A stretch of 39,539 nucleotides of DNA from contig NW_025215124.1 in the NCBI RefSeq assembly GCF_004010195.1, positions 20,526 through 60,064 of the forward strand, read 5' to 3'. Origin of the DNA: Chiloscyllium plagiosum. Taxonomy: Eukaryota. The notes under the pieces are model-generated. The model did no database searches. It was not told where the DNA came from and saw only the letters and a list, made by a program, of their open reading frames with translations. How positions within the stretch are numbered: the first letter of the stretch is position 1; every line of letters begins with the position of its first letter. Shown here piece after piece: positions 9,838 to 22,665 of the stretch. The position numbers and the translations under genes are program-made.

Positions 9838-12800
9838 CAGACACTGGGAACACACTCCTCCAGGTACTGAGAAAACACTCCCTCAGGGAATGTGACCACA
9901 CTCTCCCCATGGACTGGGAGTCACTCCACCAGACACTGGCAACACTCTCCCCCAGGGACAGGGAACACACTCCCGCAGGGACTGGAAGCACAATCTCCCC
10001 CAGGGACTGGGAACACACTTATCCCCAGACACTGGGAACACACTCCCTCAGACACTGGGAATACACTCTCCCCCAGGGACTGGGCACACACTCCCCCAGG
10101 GACTGGGAACAAACTCTCCCCCAGGGACTGGGAATACACTCCCCCAGATACTGGGAACACACTCCCCCAGACACTGGGAACACACACCCCCAGGGACAGG
10201 GAACACATTCCCCAGGGACAGGGAACATTCTCCCCCAGACACTGGGAACACTATCGCCCAGACACTGGGAACACACTCCCCTAGGGACTGGGAACACACC
10301 CACCCAGGGACTGGGAAAACACTCCCCCAGGGAATGTGACCACACTCTCCACACGAACTGGGAACACACTCCTCCATACACTGGGGGCACACTCCCCCAG
10401 GGACTGGGAACACACTCTTCCAGGGACTGGGAACACAATCTCCCACAGGGATTGGGAACACACTCTCTCCCAGGCACAGGGAACACACTCTCCCCCAGAC
10501 ACTGGGAACACACTCCACCAGAGACTGGGAACACACTCCCCTATGCACTGGGAACACTCTCCCCCAGACAATGGGAACACAATCTCCCCCAGGGACTGGG
10601 AACACACTCCCTCAGACTTGGGAACACTCTCCCCCAGGGACTGGGAACACACTCCCCAAGTCGCTGGCAACACACTCCCCCGGACCGTGGGAATACACGC
10701 TCCCCCAGACACTGGGAACACACTCCTCCAGGTACTGAGAAAACACTCCCTCAGGGAATGTGACCACATTCTCCCCATGGACTGGGAATCACTCCACCAG
10801 ACACTGGCAACACTCTCCCCCAGGGACTGGGAACACACTCCCGCAGAGACTGGGAGCACAATCTCCCCCAGGGACTGGGAACACACTTATCCCCAGACAC
10901 TGGGCACACACTCCCCCAGGGACTGGGAACACACTCTCCCCCAGGGACTGGGCACACACGCCCCCAGGGACTGGGAACAAACTCTCCCCCAGGGACTGGG
11001 AATACACTCCCCCAGATACTGGGAATACACTCCCCCAGATACTGGGAACACACACCCCCAGGGACTGGGAACACATTCCCCAGGGACAGGGAACATTCTC
11101 CCCCAGACACTGGGAACACACTTCCCCAGATACTGGGAACACACTCCCCCAGACACTGGGAACACACCCACCCAGGGACTGGGAACACACTCCCCCAGAC
11201 ACTGGGAACACACTGCCCCAGGGACAGGGAACACACTCTCCCAGGGACTGGGAACACACTCCCCCCGACACTGGGAACACACTGGCCCACGGACTGGGAA
11301 CACACTCCCCCTGACACTGGGAACACACTCTCTCCCAGGAATTGGGTACACACTTTCCCCCAGGGACTGGGAACACACTCCCCCAGACACTGGGAACACA
11401 CACCCCCAGGGACTGGGAACACATTCCCCAGGGACAGGGAACATTCTCCCCCAGACACTGGGAACACACTCCTCCAGGTACTGAGAAAACACTCCCTCAG
11501 GGAATGTGACCACACTCTCCCCATGGACTGGGAATCACTCCACCAGACACTGGCAACACTCTCCCCCAGGGACTGGGAACACACTCCCGCAGGGACTGGG
11601 AGCACAATCTCACACAATCTCCAACAGGGATTGGGAACACACTCTCTCCCAGACACTGGGAACACACTCCCCAGACACTGGGAACACACTCCCACAGAGA
11701 CTGGGAAAACACGCCCCCAGGGACTGGGAACACACTCCCCTAGACGCTGAGAATACACTCTCCAAGGAACAGGGAACACTCGCCCCCAGACACTGGGAAC
11801 ACAATCTCCAAGGAACTGGAAACACTCGCTCCCAGGGATGGGAACACACTCCCCCAGACCCTAGGAACACATTCCCCCAGACACTGGGAACACACTCCCA
11901 TAGAGACATGGGAAAACATGCCCCCAGGGACTGGGAACACACTCCCCCAGACACTTGGAACACACTCTCCAAGGAACAGGGAACACTCGCCCCCAGACAC
12001 TGGGAACACAATCTCCAAGGAACTGGAAACACTCACTCCCAGGGATGGGAACACACTCCCCCAGACAATGGGAACATATTCCCCCAGGGACTGGGAACAC
12101 ACCCCTGCAGACACTGGGAACACTCTCTCCAAGGAACTGGGAACACTCGCTCTCCCAATCACTGGGAACAAACCCCTCCAGAGACTGGGAATACAATCCC
12201 CCAGGGACTGGGAACATACTCCCCCAGGGACTGGGAACACACTTCCCGAGGGACTGCGAACATACTCCCCCAGGGACTGGGAACGCACTGCCCAAGGAAC
12301 TGGGAACGCACTCTCCCCCAGACATTGGGAAAACTCTCCCCCGGGGACTGGGAACACACTCCCCCAGACTCTGGGAACACTCTCCCCCAGACATTGGGAA
12401 CACACTCGCTTTCAGGTATTGGGAGCACAATCTCCCCCAGACACTGGGAACACATTCCCCAGACACTGGGAACACTCTCCCCCAGACATTGGGAACACAC
12501 TCCCCCATTCACTTGGAACACACTCCACCAGACACTGGGAACACACTCCCCCAGACACTGGGAACACTCTCCCCCAGACACTGGGAACACACTCCACCAG
12601 ACACTGGGAACACACTCCCCCAGGGACTGTGAACACACTACCACAGGGACTGGGAACTCAGTCTCCACCAGGGACTGGGAATACACTCTCCCACAGGGAT
12701 TGGGAACACACTCTCTCCCAGGGACTGGGAACACACTCCCCCAGACTCTGGGAACACTCTCCCCCAGACATTGGGAACACACTCTCTTTCAGGTATTGGG

Positions 12801-15634
12801 AGCACAATCTCCCCCAGACACTGGGAACACATTCCCCAGACACTGGGAACACACTCCCCCAGACACTGGGAACACTCTCCCCCAGGGATGGGTAACAGAC
12901 TCCCCCAGATTCTGGGAACAATCTCCCCCAGGGACTGGGAACACACTCCCCCAGGGGCTGGGAACACACGCCACCAGATTCTGGGAACACACTCCCCCAG
13001 ACTCTGGGAACACACTCCCCCAGGGACTGGGAACACACTCCCCCAGACTCTGGGAACACTCTCCCCCAGACATTGGGAACACACTCTCTTTCAGGTATTG
13101 GGAGCACAATCTCCCCCAGACACTGGGAACACATTCCCCAGACACTGGGAACACACTCCCACAGACACTGGGAACACTCTCCCCCAGGGACTGGGTAACA
13201 GACTCCCCCAGATTCTGGGAACAATCTCCCCCAGGGACTGGGAACACACTCCCCCAGGGGCTGGGAACACACGCCACCAGATTCTGGGAACACACTCCCC
13301 CAGACTCTGGGAACACACTCCCCCAGGGACTGGGAACACACTACCACAGGGACTGGGAACACAATCTCCCACAGGGATTGGGAACACACTCTCTCCCAGA
13401 CACTGGGAACACACTCCCCCAGAGACTGGGAACACACTCCCCTATGCACTGGGAACACTCTCCCCCAGACACTGGGAACACAATCTCCCCCAGGGACTGG
13501 GAACACACTCCCCCAGACTTGGGAACACTCTCCCCCAGGGACTGGGAACACACTCCCCAAGTTGCTGGGAACACACTCCCCCAGACCGTGGGAATACACT
13601 CTCCACCAGACATTGGGAACACACTCCCTCAGACACTGGGAACACACTCTCCCCACGGACTGGGAACACACTCCCCCCGATACTGGGAACACACTCCCCC
13701 AGACACTGGGAACACACTCACTCCCAGGTATTGGGAACACACTCCACCAGGGACTGGGAACACAATCTCCAACAGGGATTGGGAACACACTCGCTCCCAG
13801 ACACTGGGAACACACTCCCCCAGGGACTGGGAACTCACTCCCGCAGACACTGGTAGTACACTCCCCCAGACACTGGGAACACACTCCCCCAGACACAAGG
13901 AACACACTCCCACAGAGACTGGGAAAACACGCCCCCAGGGACTGGTAACACACTCCCCCAGACGCTGAGAATACACTCTCCAAGGAACAGGGAACACTCG
14001 CCCCCAGGCACTGGGAACACAATCTCCCACAGGGATTGGGAACACACTCTCTCCCAGACACTGGGAACACACTCCTCCAGGGACTGGGAACACAATCCCC
14101 CACAGGGACTGGGAACACAATCTCCCACTGGGATTGGGAACACAATCTCTTCCAGACACTGGGAACACACTCCCCCAGACACGGGAAACACACTCCCCCA
14201 GACACTGGGAACACACTCCCCCAGGGACTGGGAACACTCTTCCGCAGACACTGGGAACACACTCCCCCAGGGACTGGGAACACACTCCCCCAGACACTGG
14301 GAACACACACTCCCCCAGACCCTAGGAACACATTCTCCAAGGAACTGGGAACACTCGCTCCCCCAGTCACTGGGAACACAGCCCCCCAGAGACTGGGAAT
14401 ACAATCCCCCAGACACTGAACACAGACTCCCCCAGGGACTGGGAACATACTCCCCCAGGGACTGGGAACACACTTCCCGAGGGACTGGGAACATACTCCC
14501 CCTGGGACTGGGAACGCACTTCCCCAGGAACTGGGAATGCACTCTCCCCCAGACACTGGGAACATGCTCCCCCGGGGACTGGGAACACACTGCCCCCAGA
14601 CTCTGGGAACACTCTCCCCCAGACACTGGGAACACACTCGCTTTCAGATATTGGGAGCACAATCTCCCCCAGACACTGGGAACACATTCCCCAGACACTG
14701 GGAACATACTCCCCCAGACACTGGGAACACTCTCTCCCAGACACTGGGAACACACTCCCCCATTCACTTGGAACACACTCCAACAGACACTGGGAACACA
14801 CTCCCCCAGACACTGGGAACACACTCTCCCCCATTCACTTGGAACACACTTCACCAGACACTGGGAACACACTCCCCCAGACACTGGGAACACTCTCGCT
14901 CCCAGGTATTCGGAACACACTCCACCAGGGACTGGGAACACAACCTCCAACAGGGATTGGGAACGCACTCCCCCAGACACTGGGAACACACTCCCCCAGA
15001 CACTGGAAACTCAGTCTCCCCCACTGACTGGGAATACAATATCCCACAGGGATTGGGAACACACTCTCTCCTAGGGACTGGGAACACACTCCCCCAGACT
15101 CTGGGAACACTCTCCCCCAGACACTGGAAACACACTCGCTTTCAGGTATTGGGAGCACAATCTCCCCCAGACACTGGGAACACATTCCCCAGACACTGGG
15201 AACACACTCCCCCAGACACTGGGAACACTCTCCCCCAGGGACTAGGGAACACACTCCCTCAGATCTGGGAACAATCTCCCCCAGGGACTGGGAACACACT
15301 CCCCCAGGGGCTGGGAACACACCCCACCAGATTCTGGGAACACACTCCCCCAGACTTTGGGAACAGACTCCCCCAGACTCTGGGAACACTCAAGCCAGAC
15401 ACTGGGAACTCACTCGCTTTCAGGTATTGGGAGCACAATCTCCCCCAGACACTGGGAACACATTCCCCAGACACTGGGAACACTCTCCCCCAGACACTGG
15501 GAACACACACCCCCAGGGACTGGGAACAGACTACCACAGGGACTGGGAACACACTCTTCCAGGGACTGGGAACACAATCTCCCACAGGGATTGGGAACAC
15601 ACACTCTCCCAGGGACTGGGAACACACTCCCCAA
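9838..15634. repeat. Complex minisatellite, ~21-25-nt unit CCCCCAG(ACA/GGA)CTGGGAACACACT, roughly 250 units with higher-order duplications
   Basis: Directly visible. Unit count is estimated as length/23. Confidence 0.97.
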
Positions 15635-15760
15635 GTCTCTGTCTGTCTCGCTGTCTGTCTGTCTCGCTGTCTGTCTGTCTCGCTGTCTGTCTGTCTCGCT
15701 GTCTGTCTGTCTCGCTGTCTGTCTGTCTCGCTGTCTCTCTGTCTCTGTCTCGTCTCTCCC
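15635..15760. repeat. 16-nt-period repeat (CTCGCTGTCTGTCTGT) x ~6 within a (GTCT)n microsatellite
   Basis: ctcg recurs at 15647, 15663, 15679, 15695, 15711 and 15727. Confidence 0.95.
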
Positions 15761-15879
15761 TTCTGTATGAAAAATGAAAACAAAAGCCCATAACTCGTTA
15801 CACTCCAACAGTTACTAAACCCCTGTTTTTCTCTGCAAATTCCCTGTTGCACGTGAGAGAGTAAAACAACCTTTGGATG

Positions 15880-16225
15880 TATCAGGGAACTTGACTGATT
15901 AGAAGTTGTTCTCCATTGTGTGAGAGTCTAGAATAAGTGGGCATGGTGGCATGTTCTCAGAATAAAGGGTTGCTTCTTTAAGAAATGAGGAATTTCTTTT
16001 CTCAGAAGATCGTCAATCTGTGGAATCCTTTGTCACAGGGCTATAGAGTAAGTTTTTAAATATATTCAAGACTGAGGTACAATGTTAATCAATCACAGAA
16101 TCCAAGGTTATGGTATATAAGCAGGAAAATGGAGTTGAAGATTATCAGCCAATTATCTCATTGAATGCATAGCAGACTTAATGGGTTGACTGGCCTACTT
16201 CTGTTCTTTATATCTTACGGTCTTC
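15880..16225 (+). mobile_element. CR1 LINE 3' end
   Basis: gagagtctagaa...atgaggaatttcttttctcagaagatcgtcaatctgtggaat...tggcctacttctgttcttta tatcttacggtctt tail. Confidence 0.85.
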
Positions 16226-17194
16226 TGTTTGAACTAACTTAGAATGCATGGCTCTTTTGAAGATCATTAATTAAAGTATAACTTTGACATGAAATGCATA
16301 CTGACAGGCTAGAGTGAGAGGTGCATAAAAACGAAAAGCAAATGCTCAAATGTCCAATTTAGTCAAGACTTCATTATACTGCTACAAGACTGAATTTCAT
16401 TTATTATGTTTTGTGAAGAATCCTGATATTGTGTAGTGCTACTGGAATCTCAAATTTCATTTTGAAGAAATGCAGCAATAATCTTAACATCTACTTATCT
16501 ATAATTTGATTCTGTTTTTCAGTTGTATGATGCATTTTTAAATTATTTGTCTAATTGCACTCCTAAAACATGAACAAATGGAAATTTGCAGTACATTTTC
16601 ATTAAATCTGTGAAGAGTTTCATTTAAACTGAGTATGAATGATTTTGCCTCAACAGGAAAAATCTTATTGATAATGTTAATTCATGCATTGCTTGAGATT
16701 CATTCTACCTCATATCTGTATGCACATGTTCAAATCTCTTTACCTGCTATCGACAGTTTTAGTAAGATTGACATTTGTGGACCAAGATTTTGGAATCATG
16801 AGCTGCAAGACAGCAGACATCACCTCCAGTTCCCTCCCCCTATCACCACCAAGTACCCCCTCATGTGGTCAAAGCTGTCTTTCCCAGATTCTCCAACCTC
16901 TCATCTCAAGGTCACAAAGTCTGAGGCATGACACTGAGGTTACACTGGAACACATTTGTGAAGCAGGGTAATAGAGTGTTGACACAGATTTTCCAAAATA
17001 AAAATACTGCATTTTGATCATTATGTCCAATGAACCAGTGAAACGACCAGAAAGATGCGATATGCAGATGACCTAAGTCTTCAGATACAGCCAGTATTTT
17101 GACTAGGAAAATTTATCTTCAAATACCCAGGAACATCATACCATTCTTCTATATCAATAGTTCTTTAATTTTTGAGAGATTAGAAAAAAAGTCT

Positions 17195-17570
17195 ATAAGT
17201 TAGTTCACTGAGCTTGAAGGTTTGTTTTCAGACTTGTCAAAACCATACTAGGTAACATCATCAGTGAGAGTTTCTGGTCGTATGTCCCATCTCTCTCTTT
17301 ATAAGTCTTGGTTTCTTGATGTCATTTCTGGTTCTTTCCTTCAAGAGAAGGGTAGATAGGATCTAAGTCGATGTGTTTATTGATGGAGTTCTGATTAGAA
17401 TGCCACGCCTGTAAGAATTCTCATGCGTCTTTATTTTGCCTGCCTTACAATGTATGTATTGTCCAGGTCAAAGTGGTGTCCATTGTTGTCTGTATGTATG
17501 GAAGCAAGTGAGAGTGGGTCGTGTTCATTGGTGAATGTAAATGGCCACCATAGGACATGACCCACTCTGT
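17195..17570 (-). mobile_element. Penelope-like element: GIY-YIG C-terminus plus pLTR with a decayed hammerhead
   Basis: Minus strand gives HDPLSLASIHTDNNGHHFDLDNT...EFLQAWHSNQNSINKHIDLDPIY, and ca-CTGATGA-tgttacctagtatgg at ~17242-17265 with the GAAA box decayed. Confidence 0.85.
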
Positions 17571-17689
17571 TGTATCGAAAAATTGGCAAAAATCTAAACA
17601 AAAATTTGTATCATCAACTCAGTCCATCAAACAGATTATCTTTAGAAAAACAGACCAGTTTGGTCCAGAAACTGTAAATTAATATTTTT

Positions 17690-17820
17690 GTTCGTTCATG
17701 GGATGTGTGTTTTGCTGTCGAGACCATTATTTAATACCCATCCTTAATAGCCCTTGAGAATCTAGGGAGCAGCTGTATTGAATGCTGCAGTCCATGCTGC
17801 ACAACAATTTTGAGGGAAGT
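17690..17820 (-). mobile_element. LINE 3' tail fragment (family of 7240-7990)
   Basis: ttcgttcatgggatgtg...cccatccttaatagcccttgagaa. Confidence 0.65.
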
Positions 17821-17934
17821 TACAGCTCACGGAATTAAAGGGGCAGTGGGTGTCTGGATATGTAATTGATTGTATATAATATGTAATATGAAACAGAATA
17901 ATGATCAATTGATAATACTTTGGACTAGAAGAAG

Positions 17935-18310
17935 GTTATGGAAATCCCCAAGAGTTGTTGTTGAAACTCTTGCTTTACCTGATATATGTTCATGATCTAG
18001 ATCTTGATGTGCTGAAGACAGTTTCCAAGTTTGCGAATGACACAAAACTGAGAAGCATTGTAAACTGAGAAGAGAACAATATGGAACTTCAAAAGTACAA
18101 GAACAAGTAGTAGAGTTGGTGGATAGATGGCAAATGAGCGTTAATGCAAAGGATGAAGTAATGTATTTTGGTTTCAAAGAACGTGAACAGAAATTTATAA
18201 AACAAAGGTGACCATTCGAGATGAATAATACATGCTGGCCTAACTGGAGATGCCCATGAAATAAGAAAAACGTCAGATGGATGAGCTTTGGAATGGAATA
18301 ACAGGCATGA
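17935..18310 (+). mobile_element. CR1 RT fragment
   Basis: LIYVHDLDLDVLKTVSKFANDTKL (~17980-18050). Confidence 0.8.
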
Positions 18311-18324
18311 GCGTGCCACACTTT

Positions 18325-19140
18325 GTTTGTGGGATGTTTGTGTGTCACTAGCAAAGCCAGCATTTGTTGCTCATCCTTAATTGGGTTGAGAAGGTGGTGA
18401 TAAACCTGCTGCCTGGAACTACTACAGTTCATGTAGTGCATGTATAACGAAAGTGCTGTTGGGAAGGATGTTTTAAGTGTTTGACCCAGTGACAATGAAG
18501 AAACCTAATATAATTCCAGATTAGGATATATGTGGCTTACAGGGAAAATGTGTTGGTGTTTTCCTATGTATCTGCTGTCCTCATTTTTTCTGGGTGATTG
18601 GATATTATGGGTTTGTAAGCTTGGAGTGTTGCTGCAGTGCAGCTTGTTGATGGTTCAAACCACTGCCACTGTCTGGAAGTAGTGTAGGATATAAATGCAG
18701 AAAGTTGGGATTTGGATGCCATTCATCCTGACCATTTTCTCCTGAATGGTTTCATGATTAGACATTAGATTAGATTACTTACAGTGTGGAAACAGGCCCT
18801 TCGGCCCAACAAGTCCACACCGACCCACCGAAGTGCAACCCACCCAGACCCATTTCCCTACATTAACCCCTTCAGCTCACACTACGGGCAATTTAGCATG
18901 GCCAATTCACCTAACCTGCACTTGTTTTTGGATTGTGGGAGGAAACCGGAGCACCCGGAGGAAACCGACGCAAACACTGGGAGATTGATCTTGAGCTATT
19001 TTTTGGAGATGCACTCATCTCGGGAAGTAGAGGTTATCCCACCACACTCCTGACTTGCATCTTTTAAATAGTGGACAAAATTTGTGACATTAGGCTGTGA
19101 GTTAACTCAAAACAGAGTTGTTAGTCTCCGACCTGTTTTG
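18325..19140 (-). mobile_element. LINE 3' portion (family of 7240-7990), interrupted by an HE1 SINE
   Basis: gggatg...gtcactagcaaagccagcatttgttgctcatccttaatt...gagaaggtggtga. Resumes at ~18985 (ttgatcttgagc). Confidence 0.7.
18757..18984 (-). mobile_element. HE1-type SINE, 5'-truncated
   Basis: (ttaga)n tail, tggaaacaggcccttcggcccaacaagtccacaccg, and V-domain gggcaatttagcatggccaattcacctaacctgcac...ggaggaaaccggagcacccggagg. Confidence 0.9.
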
Positions 19141-19571
19141 GGAATGCGATTTCCAGGAAAAACGGAAATCTTAAAGAGAGATGAGAACTGCCTTTTTTGT
19201 TTTTGCCAGCACTTGTGAAGCAGGAAAAGCCAGAATGGTTCCCCTGAACACCTGAAGACTATATAATTTGATTTGTATCCAATTTTGTGTTTGACATTGC
19301 AGCCTGTATGACATTCAATGCATTTCTTATTTCCCAAAGTCTGCACTTGTATTTGAATGGTGGCTTAAGGCGATGGTGCTGAAATTGTTGTTTTTGTTTT
19401 CTAAGATAATTCTGGAAATTTGAGAGTAAAGTAAGAAACCATTATGCTTCTTTTTGAGTTGGTTTAAATAGTTGTCATATACTTGTACTGACACTCTGGG
19501 ATTGAAGGACTTAAGATAGGTCCATGCCAGGACGTCAATCATACATGTAAGAAGGTGGTCAGTCAAGGGTT

Positions 19572-19928
19572 TTCATTCTGGAATGGGATGTGGACATCGC
19601 TGGTAAGGCCAGAATTTGTTGCCCTTGAATTTATTCTTTCTCTCGGTCATTTTAGAGGGAAGTTGAGTTAACCACATTACTGTGGTTCTGCGGTTGTGGA
19701 TAGGCCAGACCGGGTAAGGATGGCATATTTTCTTCCCTAAAATACATTAGTGAATCAAATAGTGTTTCATGCCCAATCAAGAATGGTTATGTTGCCATTA
19801 GGCTAGCTTTTAATTGCATATCAATTAATTTAAATTTCACCAGCTACCATTGTGAGATTTGAACTCCTGACCCCAGAATATGAATCAATACCTGTGGATT
19901 ACCGGACAATTGTGCCATCGCTGCCTCT
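19572..19928 (-). mobile_element. tRNA-derived SINE (family of 27850-28195)
   Basis: Reverse complement is colinear with 27850-28195. B-box-like gagttcaaatctc on the minus strand at ~19854-19866. Confidence 0.7.
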
Positions 19929-20209
19929 GGTAGCTGCTGAAGTGCTAAAGGCTAGAGTTTTGGAAACTTAGAAGTGTAATTCTAAATGACTTTGGTGACA
20001 ATTTTCCCAGAGAGTGAATACTAAAGTAAGATTTTCTTCAGAAGTATCTTCTTAGTACTTGATGTTTTCTTGGATAGTTAGTTGTTAAATTAATCTAAAT
20101 GGATATGTGTACAGATTCTAGGGACATGCCTTTGAATCTCTCACTGGCAAGTTTTGAAACTTAAGCTTTATCTTAGACTGCCTTGGCTTTCAACCTCTTT
20201 ATTAGCACT

Positions 20210-20650
20210 AAAACATCAGAACATTAGTTCCTCGGGCTTTCAGTCCATGTCTGTTCTGTGCCTAAAGTGAGATCATGCCTGATCTGTAGTCTAGCTCCAT
20301 ACACTCAGTTTTCAATGATATCCCTTAATAGTCTCAGCTAAAGTAAAATAAGCCGATTGATATCAAATTTAAAATGTTAATTGAATTAGCATCTGTTGCT
20401 TTTACACAGGAGAATTTTTCATATTTCTGTTTTTGTGCAAAATTGTTTATCAGCTTTCCTGAATAGCCTTGCTCAGTTTGAAGTTTGAGTCTGCTTGGCT
20501 CAGACCCTTTCATCAGTAGAGTAAGGTTGTCTCTGGCTAATCAATCAATTCCTCAAATGTTAAAAATCTCAATTATCTCCTTTTTAAAAAAATTCTATGA
20601 ATATACACCTAGTTTGTGTAAATTCTCCTAATTTAGCCTTACTTTGAGCT
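20210..20650 (-). mobile_element. Highly decayed CR1-like 3' end
   Basis: acatcagaacattag...gagatcatgcctgatctg pattern typical of reversed CR1 tails. Confidence 0.45.
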
Positions 20651-21423
20651 TTTAAATAATCATTGTTTACTCATGAGATCCTTATAAACAAAAGGATAAG
20701 TTTTAACCTAGATCTTTGATGTTTTACTTCTCTATGATGCATTAGACAGAGTGAGTTTCAAATGATATAACTTTATCTTAGTGACAGAATATTGTGTTGT
20801 AGATTTTATGGTACAGTGCTGCTCTCAGTCGTATATTTGTGAACAGTGCTGGACAGCATTTTTTTTTGCTTTAACTGTCACTTCTGCAAAAAATCTGATT
20901 TATTTTGAAACCTGTTTAATAACTGAGCATGATTGAAGTATCAGGAGGCTATTATGTCTTCTGATGTGATACAATACACAGTGGATTCCAATGTGTTATC
21001 CAGTTACACACGCACTTTGTCCTGTCGACCTTATTTTATCTTAGATTCTAATGGAGTAGTTTGTTTTCCTGTTAAAAATTTCATCAGCTGTGCATATGCT
21101 ATGTTTATTTGAAGTTTATAACAATAAGGAACAAATATCTTTTTGTTCTGATACAATCTCACTGATTGCAAAGCATTTTTTGTGGTTTATGTATTAAATA
21201 AACAAATGTAGGCATACGTGCACTCCAATTTCCTTAATTTCTTCACTGTCTATTTCCAAACTGGTGAAACAAACAAGTGCAGTAGATTGTTGAATACATA
21301 TTGTGATTTTCCCTTCCCTGCCAGTGACAAGAAGGGGAAGTAATGGAATGTGTTGATCCTGGAAAAAGTCTCTGCCACTTCTCATGAGGTCTCTAATTGG
21401 CAAAGTGTGAATGTGTTGTAATG

Positions 21424-22481
21424 TATTATGTACCAGGCCAGACCCTCTCAAAATATTTTAAGAAGGTGGCCTGGACCCAAACTTATTACTTGAACGGCAG
21501 ATGTGAAGTGGATATTCCAGGTGGGGTGTAATGCGTCAAACCACTAAGCTTTAAAAGCAAACAATTTATTTATGTTGCGGAGGTGCCAGTGTTGGACTAC
21601 AGTGGAAAATGTTAAAAATTTCTCAGTACCAGGTTATAGTCAACAGGTTTATTTGGAAGTACTAGCTCTCGGAGCACTGCTGCTTCAGGTAATTTTGGAA
21701 GAGGATCATAAGACATAGAATTTATAGCAAAAGATTACAGTGTCATGCAACTGAAATGATATATCTAACAAACCTGGATTGCTGTTAAGTTTTTCACCTT
21801 TTAGAATGGATTGCAGGTTTCGGTTCATTAATATGTACATCCCAGAACTACTTTTAAGTCACATTCTTGAGATAAATTAAGGTTTTATGAAAAAAGGTGA
21901 CATCTCAGCTCAGACATTGCATGATTGGTGTGAGGTTAAGTCTGTCTGTATCCCAATCTCGAGTCAAGCTGGTTCTATTTCCAAAGTAGGAATTTATAAA
22001 ATATTACATGGATTGACTGCCTGCAGATTGTGCACTCTTTGAGCAAAATAGAATGTTATCTGCAAATAATAATTTAAACACTACAGTTAAACACAAACAG
22101 AAGAAAGCAGAATTTAGAATATTGGAAAACCCAATACAGTCGCTATTACTAATTAACTGTTCCAATCTAGTAACATTCCATAAACACACCTTGGCAAAAA
22201 GGTAAATTCAAACACAGATTCTTACAGGCAGGAGGGAATAATATCCAGAGGAAGATTTTCAGAAGAAAGTCAGGAATTCTTTACTGAAGCTTGCAACTCC
22301 CCTGGACTGTCCCATCTTGTGACTGCTACAGCTAAAGAAACTACACAAAACCAGAATTGGGAGAGCTGGCCACTCCCTATCTATTGTTAAACAAGACTTT
22401 TTGGCACCTCTGCCTTTACAACCTACCTTCAAAAAAAAACTAAGAACATAATAACCTTTCTAAAGTGACAGCGTCGTCACA
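21424..22481 (-). repeat. Gmr1-like 3' LTR, containing a Penelope-like insertion at ~21572-22068
   Basis: tattatgtaccaggccagacc...gtgacagcgtcgtcaca matches 27274-27849 once the insert is removed. Confidence 0.9.
21572..22068 (-). mobile_element. Penelope-like pLTR fragment with a decayed hammerhead
   Basis: Starts like 22539 (atg..cggagrtgccagtgttggact) and is absent from the other LTR. Minus strand reads ac-CTGAag-cagcagtgctcc-GAgA-gcta-gt at ~21657-21692. Confidence 0.8.
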
Positions 22482-22628
22482 CTTCCTCCCCCACACAAAA
22501 TGAATCATCAATATACAAAGATGACTTCATTTTAAACCATGATTCGGAGATGCCAGTGTTGGACTGGGGTGTACAAAGTTAAAAATCACACAACACCAGG
22601 TTATAGTCCAACAGGTTTAATTGGAAGC

Positions 22629-22665
22629 ACACGAGCTTTCGGAACGACGCTCCTTCATCAGGTGA
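22629..22665 (-). ncRNA. Minimal hammerhead ribozyme motif (left arm)
   Basis: Minus strand reads cac-CTGATGA-a-ggagc-gtc-gttcc-GAAA-gc-TC-gtg. Confidence 0.75.

Noticed and set aside
9838..15634. CRISPR-like array of palindromic repeats
   Set aside because: No unique spacers, no cas genes and a vertebrate context.
9838..15634. Iron-responsive elements (CAGTGT on the minus strand) and G-quadruplexes
   Set aside because: The bases flanking CAGTGT do not form the IRE stem. G-runs are ~18 nt apart and compete with the CCCAG/CTGGG hairpin.
9827..15852. Long ORFs up to 820 aa in all six frames
   Set aside because: The repeat unit lacks stop codons on both strands. The peptides (WEHTPP/GTGNTL/LGTHSP) are frame-shifted readings of the same monomer, with no splice or codon-level evidence.
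17905..18495. 196-aa minus-strand ORF
   Set aside because: It spans two unrelated LINE fragments and is antisense to the CR1 RT.
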